Shown one piece after another: positions 24,667 through 37,100 of a stretch of 64,000 bases of DNA (its first letter is position 1; the number at the start of each line of letters is the position of its first letter). The notes beneath the pieces are model-generated. The model did not search any database and was not told the origin of the DNA. It was given only the letters and a program-made list of their open reading frames with translations. The position numbers were made by a program, and so were the translations under genes. Source of the stretch: Lama glama (Eukaryota); the NCBI GenBank assembly GCA_028534125.1, contig CM052817.1, positions 3,412,001 to 3,476,000 of the forward strand. Reading direction: 5' to 3'.

Positions 24667-25779
24667 ACCAGCAGCAAGTGAGGGGTCCAGCGGAGACTGA
24701 GCGGATTCAGGAAACCCGGTGTGAGAAAGCTCCCGAAGGGAGGAACCCGACATCTCTCAGGGCAGGTGCAGGCTGAGCTCTGGGCTTCCCCCACAGACAC
24801 GAGGAGGTGCAGGACCCCTGCCCCTGCCCCTGCCGCCTGGGACCACTCCAGCTTTAGTACAGGATGCTCCACATCCTGAGAACCACGCAGTCCAGGCAAA
24901 CCGCCCCAGCCCAGCCTCCCCGACCTCCACGACATCGGGCGGCATGTTCACAGGCCCAAGGAGGCAGAGCTATGGAGGCCTGGAGCTCACACAGGCCCAA
25001 GTTCGAGTCCTGGCCCGGATTCTTACAGACTATGAGGTCCCAGGAGTGTAGATCTGCCTCCCAGCCTCAAGGCAGAAGTCACAGAGTCCAACCTGCTGGG
25101 AAGAGGGGAGCCGGGAGGCCCCTCTCAGGCAGGATCTTCATGAATTTCTGGACAGGACAGAAGGACGAGCGCATCCTGGCGCGGGGTGGGGCAGGGGGGT
25201 CTCGGTGCCCCCGGCAGACTCTGCCCTGCAGCAGCGCATCCGGCCTCGCAGGTCCCCGCGTATTTACCGTGGAGGCAACAGCTCCTGCTGTGGGACCGGC
25301 TGCGGGGCCGCAGGGGCCACGTGACTTCACAGGAGCGGCAGACCCCATGTCTCCATCCCCTCGCGGGAGCCTTGCCCGCCCCCGGGCAGCAGCTCCTGAA
25401 CAGGCTGCGCAGCCCCAGGCGTTGTAACCAATCACCTCCGCTGTCTGGTGTCCTGCCGCCTGGGATTAAATAAATGGTTTCCAACTGCGATTGAGGCGCT
25501 GCATAAAATATTTCCAAATTAATTTTTAAAGAATAAGTGAGGGCATGAACATTTCATTTGCTAACTGAGGGATGGGGACAGAAGCGAGGGGGGAGGGGGT
25601 GACAGGAAAGTGTTACAGAAAGAACACTGGACGGGGAGCCCCAGAGCCTCCCATCTGGCTCCCCCTCAGCCCCCTGGGTGACCCTAGGCCTCAGTTTCCA
25701 CACCAGTTCAGAGGGACCTGGACCAGGTGGCCTCATAGTCCCTGAGCTCTGTTCAGCACGGGTTAGACAGGTCAGCTTG

Positions 25780-26120
25780 AATGAATTCATTCACTCATTC
25801 AACCAATAGGCACAGTGCCAGGCTCCATGCTATAGTCAGGGAGCTCACACCCTAGCAGGGACCCAATTACAAGGTGGGGTACAAAGGCAGCTGCACAACA
25901 TCTGCAGGGACCCACCCGACCCCACAGAGAGCCCACAGATCAGGGAAGGGTGTTTCCAGCAGAGGAACAGCATGCACAAGTGCAGACACACAGGGAACAC
26001 TCTTGCTCCAGAAACTCGAAGGAGCCCTGGGTGATCAGCTCACAGGTGACCACACAAACCCTGCTAAGGCGCGTGGACCTCACTACACACGTGGGCTGAG
26101 AGTACTCAGATTCTGATCTT
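25780..26120 (-). mobile_element. L2 fragment
   Basis: 'ttcattcactcattcaacc...cagggagctcaca...tttccagcagaggaacagcatgcacaag'. Confidence 0.7.
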
Positions 26121-26189
26121 CCATCAGGCTTTAGACCCTAGCAACCATTCCCCAACTGCAGCCAGGGTGTAAAGCCACCGTCACTTTAG

Positions 26190-26660
26190 TGGGGAGCCCT
26201 TCAGAGACTTCCCGTCATCTTCAAAGTCCAAGCCCCTTACTGTGGAAGGCCTGCCACTCCCCTGGTCAACCACCTGGCCTCCTGCTAGCTCCTTCAACAA
26301 GCCAGGTTTCCTCCCACCACAGGGCCTTTGCACTTGTGGTCCTACTGCCTAGAACACCCCCCTCCTGACTCTGCTTGAACTTCTATCACAGGTCCAAAGG
26401 TCACCTTCCCAGGAAAGCCCTCCCTGTCCAGTTCCCACCCGCTCTCATATCCTCTCCTCCCTCCGAGCACAACCACTACTGTCACCAATGACCTATGCAA
26501 CTGTTTGCTCAGGGTCTCTCCCCACCATTCCAGACAGGCAGGGACACACCACTCCCCACCAGGGCTGTTTGCTGGCCCTTCCCACCAGGCCCAGCATAGA
26601 GCAGGTATCTAATAAATCTTTGTAAGTGAGTGAATGCATGAATGAGAGAATCAAAGAATG
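26190..26660 (+). mobile_element. L2 fragment
   Basis: 'cagggcctttgcacttg...tgcctagaac...aataaatctttgtaagtgagtgaatgcatgaatga'. Confidence 0.8.
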
Positions 26661-28389
26661 AAGATCCTCTGGCCCCAACTTCTGAGATTCTTCTATGAAC
26701 TATCTGTGCTACAGTCCTCAGGCTTGCAGGGAGGCTCATCAGGACTCTGATGTCTAGAACGGGCACTTGTCTAACTAAGCCTTCCTCTCTCTTTAGCCAC
26801 GAGCATTTATTAAATTCCTAGTGTATGCCCAGCCCTTGCACACATCTCAATAATCCCTACAAGCATGCTGGCTGCAACAGTGATGATGCCTGTTTCTCAG
26901 AAGGGAACGGGTCCAGATCCAGGGCCATCTGCTCCCAGCTCCGTGCTTTTTCTGACCCAGCCATCTCGGCTCTGACCCGGAAGTTCCTCGGAACTCTGGA
27001 ACCTGCCTCACACCTGGGGTTTCGGAACAGCATCTGGGGCACGGCTCACTCAGGCTGCTCTGGGAGCTTCCACAAAGATCTGGAAGGAGGTCCTGGACCC
27101 AAGGCAGGAGCCCTTCACCTGTCTGCTCGCCTGGCTCCTCTTGGCGCAGGCCAGGGCCCTGCAGCCCCTCTCCCCGCCCCACCCCGACGGGGGACTACAA
27201 GCGGTTCGGGTCTCCCCCACCGCCCTGGGAGGCCAGGACCCCCGTGTCACACCTCCCCCCAGGACCCCTGACCCGGATGTCAGCACGGGCAGCAACAAGC
27301 ATCAGGGAAGCACCCGCCAGGCACACTGTCGCCGCCCTTCCGCCGGCAGAGCAGGGGTTCCCAGAAAGGTGGGCGGGGCCTCCTTCAGCTCTGTAGTTTC
27401 TTCCCCGGGCAGGTAGGGGAGTCCATCCCCGCCAGGGCAGAGGGCCCTTAGCTCCAGAGGCCACTGTCCACACCCTTGGATGACAGCGCAAATCAGGGCA
27501 CAGAACAAGGTAACTGTCACCTGTCTGAGACTCCGGGTTAAAAAGTGGACCCAGGCGCACAGCCGGCGGTGGGGTAGATGTGGGTTAGCAGTTACCATCC
27601 CTCGAAAGACACGAGAAAGGCAGGAGCGCCCACCAACCCCAGCCAGAAGGGGGCAGAGCTGAGACATGAGCCAGGCCAGCCTCTAAACCCAGCCGCTGAG
27701 GTCCCAGCGCAGGCCCGGCCTGGCTCCCAGCCTCCTCTGCTAGGCGCCCACACCAGGCACCCCTATCACCGCAGAAGAGCCGCTGGCCACGCCCACTCAG
27801 CTGGGAACCTGGGCGGTCTTCCCACCTGCTGAGCCTCAACCTCCTCACAGGGGAAATGGGAGAACACAGCTCAGAGTGAGGGCAACTCAGAAAGCCAAAG
27901 GGGCTGCGTGCATTTAAGGATGAGGGTTGCTGATAAACTGTGCAGGAAGAGGAGAAAGGAGCTCCAGCAAGAGGGAAGCAGGGTGGCCAGGCGCCGGTGG
28001 GCAGCTCTCAGCAGGGCTGGGGTCTGATGGAGCCTGGAGGAGGAATTTCTCTCACGTGTTTTGGTTCTCTGCAAAACGTCTGGGTTATCAAAGCATCTTC
28101 CCTTCCTTTAAAATTCCCTTCACTCCTAAGGTAGGGTGCAGAACAAAATCAGGTTTCTTTTTTTTTCACCTTTCCCAGACTAAGTAGAGACCTGTATAAA
28201 AACCACTAAAAACAAGACATCTCTTGTCCTGTGGTTGGAACCCAGGAGCTAAAACTCAAAGAGCGTGGAGATAAGAGCTAAGAGTGAGGGTGTCCTGGAC
28301 AAGAATTTCCAGAGATTTTGGAATTTCAAGCACAAACTTGGATCTCACCTTGGCACAGCTTACCAGCTCCAGGCTGGGTGAAGGAATGT

Positions 28390-28850
28390 AGCTGCCCTCT
28401 GTGTAAAACCTTCCATGGCTCCCCACTGCCACCAAGATCACGTTCAAAGTCCTCAAGGTGGCAGATTGTGTCTCAATTCATCATCTTAGCTTTATTTCCT
28501 CTTAACCACCAGCCACAGTGCACTTCTCTCTGCCCCCAGGAAGTACCTGGTACTCTGACACACACTGTTCTCTCTGCCAAGAATTCCGACACCCACCAGC
28601 TTCACCAGCCAACGCCTACTCATCCTACAAAGCCTGTTTAAATGTCACCTCTTCCACGAAGACTTCCTCCACGTGGCCTGAAGAATAGGTCCCTCCCAGG
28701 ATGCTTTATCTAAACCACCATTACCACCCAATCACAGTGGGCCACCACGATTGGGCCTCTGCCCAACCTCCCACAATGGACAGTGAGCTCCAAGAGGGCA
28801 GGCGCTGTGTCCAGCTGTGCTCTGTGTTCCCAGTGCCATAGACACATCTC
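28390..28850 (+). mobile_element. L2 fragment
   Basis: 'aaaaccttccatggctccccactgcc...tttaaatgtcacctcttcc...gtgagctccaagagggcagg'. Confidence 0.8.
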
Positions 28851-29004
28851 CTCAGCTCTGATCCCTTGTTTGTGGCCCTGGGCCATGCGGCCTCCTACAA
28901 GAACCAATGAGGTCCAGGTCGCCCTACCTGCCTAAGCCTAGGAGTCATTTGAATCTATGAAGGACTTCAAATTACTCACAAACAAAAGCCTAGTCATGAG
29001 ACTG

Positions 29005-29111
29005 TCCAATCACTCACCCACCCATCCAACCATCTATCCACCCTTCCATCCATCCATCCACCATCCATCCATCCATTCATCCATCTATCCACCTACCCAC
29101 CCATCCATCCA
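29005..29111. repeat. (CCAT)n tetranucleotide repeat, probably the tail of the adjacent antisense L2
   Basis: Seen directly. Confidence 0.9.
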
Positions 29112-29250
29112 ACACATACTTCTTGAGCAGCTACTATGTGTCAGGCCCTGTTCTAGGTCTGGGGACACAGCAATAAACACAATGGCCAGGGCCTTCACAG
29201 AATTCAGTCTCAAGGGTTTGACAGACAACAAAGAATTAGAGGGTGTGATG
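29112..29250 (-). mobile_element. L2 3' end
   Basis: 'ttgagcagctactatgtgtcaggccctgttctaggtctggggacacagc'. Confidence 0.8.
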
Positions 29251-29415
29251 AGGGCCTGGCAGGGCCCCCTGGGGGCTTTGGGCCCCAGGTGGAGTCTGGG
29301 GGATCAGGAACAGGAGTCATGACTGGCTAAGGGAAAGGGGAGGAGGGATCCCAGGTGAAGGAGCCAGCACAGAAAAGCGCTGGGCGTGAAAGGAACCCTA
29401 GGATGCCGTAGTGGA

Positions 29416-29915
29416 NNNNNNNNNNNNNNNNNNNNNNNNNNNNNNNNNNNNNNNNNNNNNNNNNNNNNNNNNNNNNNNNNNNNNNNNNNNNNNNNNNNNN
29501 NNNNNNNNNNNNNNNNNNNNNNNNNNNNNNNNNNNNNNNNNNNNNNNNNNNNNNNNNNNNNNNNNNNNNNNNNNNNNNNNNNNNNNNNNNNNNNNNNNNN
29601 NNNNNNNNNNNNNNNNNNNNNNNNNNNNNNNNNNNNNNNNNNNNNNNNNNNNNNNNNNNNNNNNNNNNNNNNNNNNNNNNNNNNNNNNNNNNNNNNNNNN
29701 NNNNNNNNNNNNNNNNNNNNNNNNNNNNNNNNNNNNNNNNNNNNNNNNNNNNNNNNNNNNNNNNNNNNNNNNNNNNNNNNNNNNNNNNNNNNNNNNNNNN
29801 NNNNNNNNNNNNNNNNNNNNNNNNNNNNNNNNNNNNNNNNNNNNNNNNNNNNNNNNNNNNNNNNNNNNNNNNNNNNNNNNNNNNNNNNNNNNNNNNNNNN
29901 NNNNNNNNNNNNNNN
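29416..29915. other. Assembly gap (500 N)
   Basis: Run of exactly 500 n. Confidence 1.
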
Positions 29916-30549
29916 GGGGCAGTACTTGCGGAGCAAACAGCCTCAGAGAAGCCAAGAGGCACGTGTAGCATCTGAGAGTCTCTGGGGCTCTGGCCACGTC
30001 CGGCAGGTGCCTCTGGCCATCCTGGGCCCAGCTGAGAGATGCCCCAAGTCAGCGTGACCTTTCCTGAGCACCTACTGTGTGCTGAACGCTGCAGGAGCCA
30101 AGAGAAAGATACTGCTCCTGTTAAAAGGATGAACAAAGTAATACCCAAGGGGCCTGGCACACAGTAGGTGCTCATTAAACACGGTTGTCTTCCTGCTTTT
30201 CCTGAGCCAGCCTGTGGCTGTTCGTTAAGAAGCCTCAACCCCTCCCCCCAGCTCTCCCCCTGGGAAAAGCCTTAGCTGGGCCTCCCAGCTGCCCATCTCC
30301 CCCGGACTGGCTGGTGACTTGGGTGGGCACCCACTCTCGGGACGGCCTGCTGGAGGGTGGACACTGGAAACCAGCCCGCATTCCAGCCCCTACCCCATCC
30401 CTTCCTGTGAGATCTCTGGCAACTCACTTGCCCTCTTGGAGCCTCAGTGTCCCCATGTCACGTGTGGCTCCTGCTGTCCACTCAGCAGGGTCTGGAGGTA
30501 TACACCAGATGAAGGATGGAGGCCCTTGACCCTTTGCCTATCCCAGAGC

Positions 30550-30690
30550 CCCACAGAGCAGCTTTGCCAGCCACCTGGGAGCTCATTAGAAACAGTCTCT
30601 GGCTTCACCCAGAACCACTGAATCAGAACCTGCATTTTAACAAGATCCCAGGGGACTGTGGGCGAATGAAAAATCTGAGAAGTGCCGCTC
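30550..30690. mobile_element. hAT-Charlie MITE (MER5A-like)
   Basis: 'cacctgggagctcattagaaa...actgaatcagaacctgcattttaacaagatcccagg...tgagaagtgc'. Confidence 0.85.
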
Positions 30691-31741
30691 CAGGCTCTTG
30701 AAGGGTGGCCCTTTCCCTCCCACACCTCGTTTGGTTTTTAAATCCATCCCTGACTTGCTCCAGCTCAAAGCCCTTTCCTCCCACCACTGGCTGGACTGGG
30801 CCTCACCCTAGCAGCTTCTGTCAAGAGCCCTTGGTCCCCACCTCTCTCGCCGGAGGATCCTGCCACTCCCCGGCTTCACAAAGACAGACACTGCCACCCA
30901 CCAGGACCCCAGCCCCAGCACCCAGATACCTTGACCGAGCTTCACGCCGCCAGCCCTGGGCTCGAGGGGCAAGACCCTTCCCCACCTCTGCCAAAGAACC
31001 TTCTCAAGCCCGAAGCCGGGGGTGTGGCCGCACTTGGGTCACACGAGTCCCACACTGCCCTCCCCTCCCCCCTAGCAGTTTCTAGATCAAGGGGGATGAA
31101 ACCAGACTCCTCCGTGTGAGTGACACCCCCACCATGTGACCAGCCCCTCATCACCCCCTCTCCGACCCTGTCCCCCAGCATCCAGCCCCCAGCCGCCCAC
31201 TGTCCCTGGAACACACGAAACACGGATGCTCCTGGGCCTTTGGCCTGCTGTCCCCTCTCAGTCCTAAATGTGGCAGGAGAAACCCAGCTGGCATGGGCTC
31301 CCCAGGAGGCCCGGAGAATGTTCCTTCCCTTGGAAGCTGTTTCCTCAATAATCTGAGCAAAATGAAACCTGCTTCCCAGGGCCAGGCAGGGTTCCCAGGC
31401 AGGCGTGGCTGCGAACAGCACCTTGGGGAGCGGAGGGCTGCCCATGGCGGCACTGGTCTTCACTTCTAAATTCTACATTTGATGTCTAAAGTCTCATTTC
31501 GTTTCTAAACTCTGGGGGCACTAAACCAAGTAGAAGGAGCCGGAGACCCAAGCACAAGGTCTGGCTGGGACACGACTCACTGCTTGCTCACTGGTGAGAC
31601 GGCACTGGGCTGGCTGTTTCCAGCATGGATGCCCCAGGGGCCGGGGGTGTGAGCGGTGGTGGAGTCGGAGTCCTGTCCTCCCGGGAGAAGGTGACGCTTT
31701 TGGCACAGCTGCCCTGACCTGGAATCAGCCAAGAGGCTCTT

Positions 31742-32223
31742 TGCAGTCGGCCAACGAATGGATTCCAAAGATGACCACGTCCTAATCCCCTAAACCTGCA
31801 ATGTGTCACCTCCTGGGGCAAAAGGGGTCTTGCAGGCAGGATTAGGTTTGGGATCTTGAGATGGGGGGATTCTCCTGGATGATTCAGGTGGGCTCTAAAT
31901 GCAGTCACAGGTGTCCTTGCAAGAGTAAGGCTGTGGGAGATTTGATACCAAGGAGGAAACCAGACATTTGGGGTGGACGCCAGGGGTTGGAGAGATGTGA
32001 GGAAGGGGCCGTGAGCCAACGAATGCAGGCGTTGCCCGAGGCTGGACAAGGCCAGGCAACGGGCTCTGCCCTGGGCCCTTCAGAAGAAACAGGCCCTGCA
32101 CCACCTTGGCCTCAGCTCTGAAGCCTCACCGCAGACTCCTGGCCTCCAGACTGTGAGAGATCTGTGTTGTCTTCAGCTACGACACGCACGGTCACTTGTT
32201 ATAGCGGCCGCAGGAATCGTATA
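31742..32223 (+). mobile_element. MaLR solo LTR (MLT1D-like)
   Basis: 'ccaaagatgaccacgtcctaatcccc...ggcaaaaggg...ggatcttgagatgggggg...gcctccagactgtgagaga'. Confidence 0.9.
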
Positions 32224-33249
32224 TCCTCCTCTTCCTGCTTCCCTCCTGAAATGAGTTTGGCACAAGAATTTGGGTGGGAGCTTTTCACAAAAGAAAACTG
32301 GGTGTGAGCTGGGCTCTCCCGCAGGCTAAAATTCCATGTTCAGGGTGGGGCCCCGTGTCCAGATGGCCCCTTGGCTGTGCACATGGGCAGCAGTGCAGAC
32401 ACTAACCACTCCTCACGTGGCTCCGTGTGGCTGGCGGGAGCTGTCCTCGGTGAGTGGCAGGCTTTCCTGTTGACATTGGGCTTTGCCTGAAACTCATCCC
32501 GCTTCCTCGCCTCCCAGACCCCTGTGGGTCTCCGCAGGTGAGCCGAGCGTTAGCTCCAGAGGACAGACGGCCCGTTTTGCAGCCGAGCCCCACTGCTGGC
32601 AATCTCTGCAGGGAGGGCTCTCAAAGTCCCCACTGAGTCTCACTGGAGCGGGTCCCGGCGGCCTCGCTGGGGAGCTCTGAGTCACAGGGCTTGGGAAGGC
32701 CTCCAGATTCTTTCCCAGAGCCGGGAGACAGGCCCGGAGGGATTCAAAAGCCACTCCTGCTCCACCTCGGCCTTTGGGCATGAGGCCTTCCAAGTCCACC
32801 AGGGACGGGGGAGAATGCGCCCCACCTGACGGCTGTCACTGGCCAGCGGTGGTCTGTCTGGGCCTCTCAGGACGCAGGACTCCGGTCCTGCCCTGAGCAA
32901 AGGGCTGCTGGGCATGCAGGGCTCATTCTCAGGCTGCAAGAGCCTGTCGGGGTCATTTGTCTACGTGTGAGGAAACTGAGGTCCCCAGAGGGGACACCCC
33001 CTGGCCAAGGTCACAGGAGAGGTCAGTGGTAAAACCAGGGCCCTTCACATTGTGGTTAATGATAAGGTGTCTGTCTTCCCGTCTTCCCAGATTATAAGTC
33101 CATGAGGTTAGGATAGAGGCTGCTGGCAGCCTGTTAGGTCCCTAACGCAGAGCACATGGAAGGAACTTGAAAAACTATTTTTGAAGGAATGAACCAACTC
33201 CAGGCTGTCTGCCTGGGGCCAGTCCTAGGACAGCCCACAGGGATCACCC

Positions 33250-33450
33250 TCTCTGGACTTGAACAGATCTGAGTGTCAAACCCAGGTAGCTTCAATCCCT
33301 CTGTGCGAGTAACTTACCCTCTCAGAGCCTCAATTTCTTCATCTGTAAGATGAGAAATGATAATAGAGCTGCCTCCTAGGGTGGCCATGAGGATTCAACA
33401 AGGAACATGCGTGAAAAGCCTGCTGCGATGCCCAGCACAGAGCAGGTGCT
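33250..33450 (+). mobile_element. MIR SINE
   Basis: 'taacttaccctctcagagcctcaatttcttcatctgtaagatg...tgaggattcaa'. Confidence 0.85.
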
Positions 33451-33801
33451 GGGCCACCGAGGATGGAGAGGGGAAGGAAGATACGGAGAATGTCACGGTG
33501 GCGTCCCACCCTCAGGACCCCATGGTCCAGAGGGAGACACAAGAAGCCCTCACACACCTTCGACAGAGCAGAGTGGTCAGCAGCCCCAGAGAGGCCGGAG
33601 TGCGATCCAGGGGCCTTCACACGGTGGAACACTCACACGCCTGGGAAAGAAAGCAGCTTCGAGGAGGAAGCCACTTGAAGACGGAGCCTCGAAGGGTCAA
33701 CACGAGGGAGGAGGCGAGCGCCCACGGGTGGTTCAGGAGTAGAAAGTGCTCTGGGGGTGGGGGGAGCAGCCACAGCACAGCTGCGCCTGGAAGCTGAGTG
33801 A

Positions 33802-34130
33802 GTGAGGGGCTGAACAGCGCCCCCCAAGCTCATGTCCACCCGGGACCTCAGAACATGAGCTTGTTTGCAAATGGGGTCTTTGCAGAGGTGACCAAGTTAA
33901 GATAAGACCACGATTAGGGTGGGCCCTAAATCCTGTGACTGGCATCTTATCAGAGAAGGGAGAGGACATTTGGACACAGACACGGGGAGGAAGCCCAGGA
34001 CGGCCCAGGGCCACGGAAGCCAGACGGAGGAGGCAGGGGTTCTTCCCAGAGCCCCCAGGCCGTGGAGAATGGGCTCCCCGTTACCCTGACCCACAGTGGT
34101 GGTGCTGCTAATGCAGCCCCAGGAAACCGG
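33802..34130 (+). mobile_element. MaLR LTR (MLT1C-like)
   Basis: 'catgtccacccgggacctcagaa...ggtctttgcagaggtg...attagggtgggccctaaatcctgtgactgg'. Confidence 0.85.
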
Positions 34131-37100
34131 AGCAGCCCCCGGCCCCACAGGCCGCTGGCTCTCCCGTGAACCCAATCAGAGCGGGAGCAGGGAACTGCTG
34201 GCTCCACGTCGGGTGACGCAGCCCCGGGAGCGCTTGCCAAGCAGCTGTGAGCAGGGCGGAGGCCTGGAGGCCCCTCGACCACGGGGGTCCAGGGGACAGC
34301 AGGAAGGCCGCTGCATCCTGACGCCCACTGCCCACCCATCAATGGGGCCCTTCACGAGCGGCGAGCTGGCCCCGCGCCAGCCCCTCCGGCCCCGCCGCCC
34401 TGCCCTTCCACCTCCGCAGGCTGGCGCTTCCTGCCCGACGCTGGCCCGCGGAAGCTCGGCTGGCCTCTGGCCAGGACCAGTGAGACCACACTTCAGCCTC
34501 CTCCTGTCCCAGGCTGGGAGGGTGACGAGAGAGTGACAAGGACATTGGTCTGTCATCGCTGTCATCACCAGTCTGCCCGGGTGCCATGGCCAGGAGGGTC
34601 TAGAGGGGCCTGGTGGGGAAAAGTGAATGTGGCTGGGGTCAGGCCTCGGCGTGGGGAGTGTGGTGATTCCCAGGCCTCAGTTTCCTCCCTGTGGAATGGG
34701 GGGCTAATTCCTCTCTCTGGGGTTTCCAGGATCAGAAGAGGACGCACACGTTCGAGGCCTCCTGAGCCCCACGCCCAGGAGGCCTCCGTGAGCCTCAGTT
34801 CATTTGTGACACCCAAGTGGAGGGGCCTGGAGGACAGCCCCGAGCTCCCATCCAGCTTTCAGCTCCACAGGACACAAGCTCACGTGCTGCATGGAGCCGA
34901 CCTTCCCTGTCCAGAAAGTGGAGACCCTTTGCTGAGAACCATGACTTCCATGTTTGGGAAGACACGTCCACCACGAGAGCCCCGATCCCGGCCCCTCAGC
35001 ACGTGACTCTCCTTGGGGCTGGGCCTTGTGTCTGGCAGAAGACACAGAAGTCCGTGTGTCTCACGCCCTGGGGAGGAGGCACGGGGCAACTGTGGGTACC
35101 CGGCTCTGCAGCCTCTGATGCCGAACCAGCCTGTTCTGGGAGCCCTGCAGCCCAGCCTGCGGTCTGCACCCTGATCCCAGCCCCACAATGACAGGCAGAG
35201 CAGACGTACCAGTCAAGCTCATGCACTGCGTCCCGGAGCCAGGGGTCCTGGGGCCCAGCTGGGAGGTCCATGTCGGCACCCAGCTCAGGGCAGCAGGGCC
35301 TCTGAGCCTCAGTGCCTCTCAGGTGACTGGCAGCAGTTCTACATGGACCCAGACAGAGATGCAGCTCAGGTGGCAAATCTGACCAGGAAAAGGACCTGCA
35401 CTGAGGCCAGCGTACGCGTCTGCTTCACAGCAGAAACGTCTCAAGCTCAGCCATCGCACTGCGCTGTCACCAAGTGGGGACAAAGGCCGAGGCCCAGGGA
35501 AGGACAAGGCCACGCCTCTTTTCAGCAGGAAGGTGGCAGCTCTTGCACCTGACCCTCACATATGACAAGTCTGTGTCTTTTGAAACCCTGGCGCCCCCAC
35601 CCATGCCCTCACTTTGAGCAAATGGAATTCAGGGATGGGGTGAACCTAATCCCTTCCCCCCAAAAGGCAAGTGGAACTCAAGACAGGTTTGTTTTGTGGG
35701 GCAAGGACGGGATCTCCTGGCACCAGCCAGCCACCCAGCCTGGTGCCCGGGCACTCGTCCTTCAAACAACAAGCACTTAAGCTGAGTGATGCTTTCCAGT
35801 CTCTTCAGCCTTCAAGGACATCATCCCATCCTGAGAGGAGAAGGGGCTTCGGGGGAGAACTAAATAGGAACTAGCAGACCAGGACCGGACACCGGGAGCG
35901 ACACGGCTCATTCCCCGGGCCCCCGGCGGTGGGCTTCTTGTGAGTGATGGGATTCCGAGGCAGGAATCCAGCTACTCCACCCAAGACTGAGCTGTTACCA
36001 TGCCTGCCCCTCTTTGATGGGCTGCGGCACAACCGCCCCTGCACAGGAGCCTTCCCAGATCCTCCCAGCCACCCTGACGGTCTGCCCTTCTCACCTGCCT
36101 TCAGTTTCAGAATCACACGTGTGGGAGCCTGAACCCACTTCCTCCAAGTCAAGGACTCCCTCTTAACCCCTTAGGCCAACTGTGCCTCACTGGGCAGTTT
36201 CACGCTGGGCCCCATCAGGAGGCCCACGGGCTGCATTTCACTCAGTCCTAGTATCAGAAAAAGCTGATTCTCCTGGACAGTCAGTTTGCTTTGTCTATGG
36301 TCCCCAGGACTTGGTAACCAATCCCATTTCCATTTTTGCTTTGGCTGCTAGGATGCTCATTTTATATGTGGTTTTGTTCTTTTCCTACCATTACATGCAC
36401 TTCATAAAAATTCCCTCAACTATTTGTTATTTTCAAGTATAAATATATATTTTAAGGAAGCCACCTAAAGTCATGTGTGCAACTAGGCAGTATGAACACA
36501 TGAATAATATCCAACATCATGACTAATTGTGTCATGATGCAAAATTTATGAAGAATTTTCCTATGTGTTACAACACCCAGCACATGCACACTTACGGGAA
36601 CCAGATCTACCCAATCACTGTGAGGGGAAAAAACGGCCAGAGGGTCCTCAAGGACATGGCAGATTTCAGGAGCAATGGAGCCCTTGGCCTCAGGTTAGGG
36701 TGGGGGTGGGAGGCAGGCATGAGGCAGGCGGGGACTGCTTGGTGCCCTCAAATCCTTGGCACTCTGCGGAGGGCACTGGCATTCCAGTCTTCCTTTCAGT
36801 ACCACATTTTAAAGTCAAAACAGGTCCTCCTCATCTGAACCCAAAGGACAAGTTTCCCAAGAAAAAAAAACCTCTTTGCAAAGCTCAGTGGAGGACGTGC
36901 AGACTGGGAAGGGCCTGGGGCTCCAACTTATCAGGGGCTGGGCAAGCGGGAGTCAGGTGTCACGGCCTCTCCCAAGACATCCCTACCCACTCCTCTCTCT
37001 GCATTTCTAACTTCCTTTCCAAGTCAGTCATTCAGTGGCATCTATCTAGCAGCCCCCGTGGGCACAACTCCTCAGACCCTGGCAAAGCTGAGCTGAACCA

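Noticed and set aside
25780..26660. Oppositely oriented L2 pair as a dsRNA or miRNA source
   Set aside because: The copies are too diverged for visible extended complementarity, and the tails point outward.
29304..30238. Long ORFs (185-303 aa) containing X runs
   Set aside because: Artefacts of translating through the 500-N gap.
36515..36539. 9-bp hairpin CATCATGAC-N7-GTCATGATG in an AT-rich block
   Set aside because: Short enough to arise by chance in 64 kb, and may sit in a decayed transposon.
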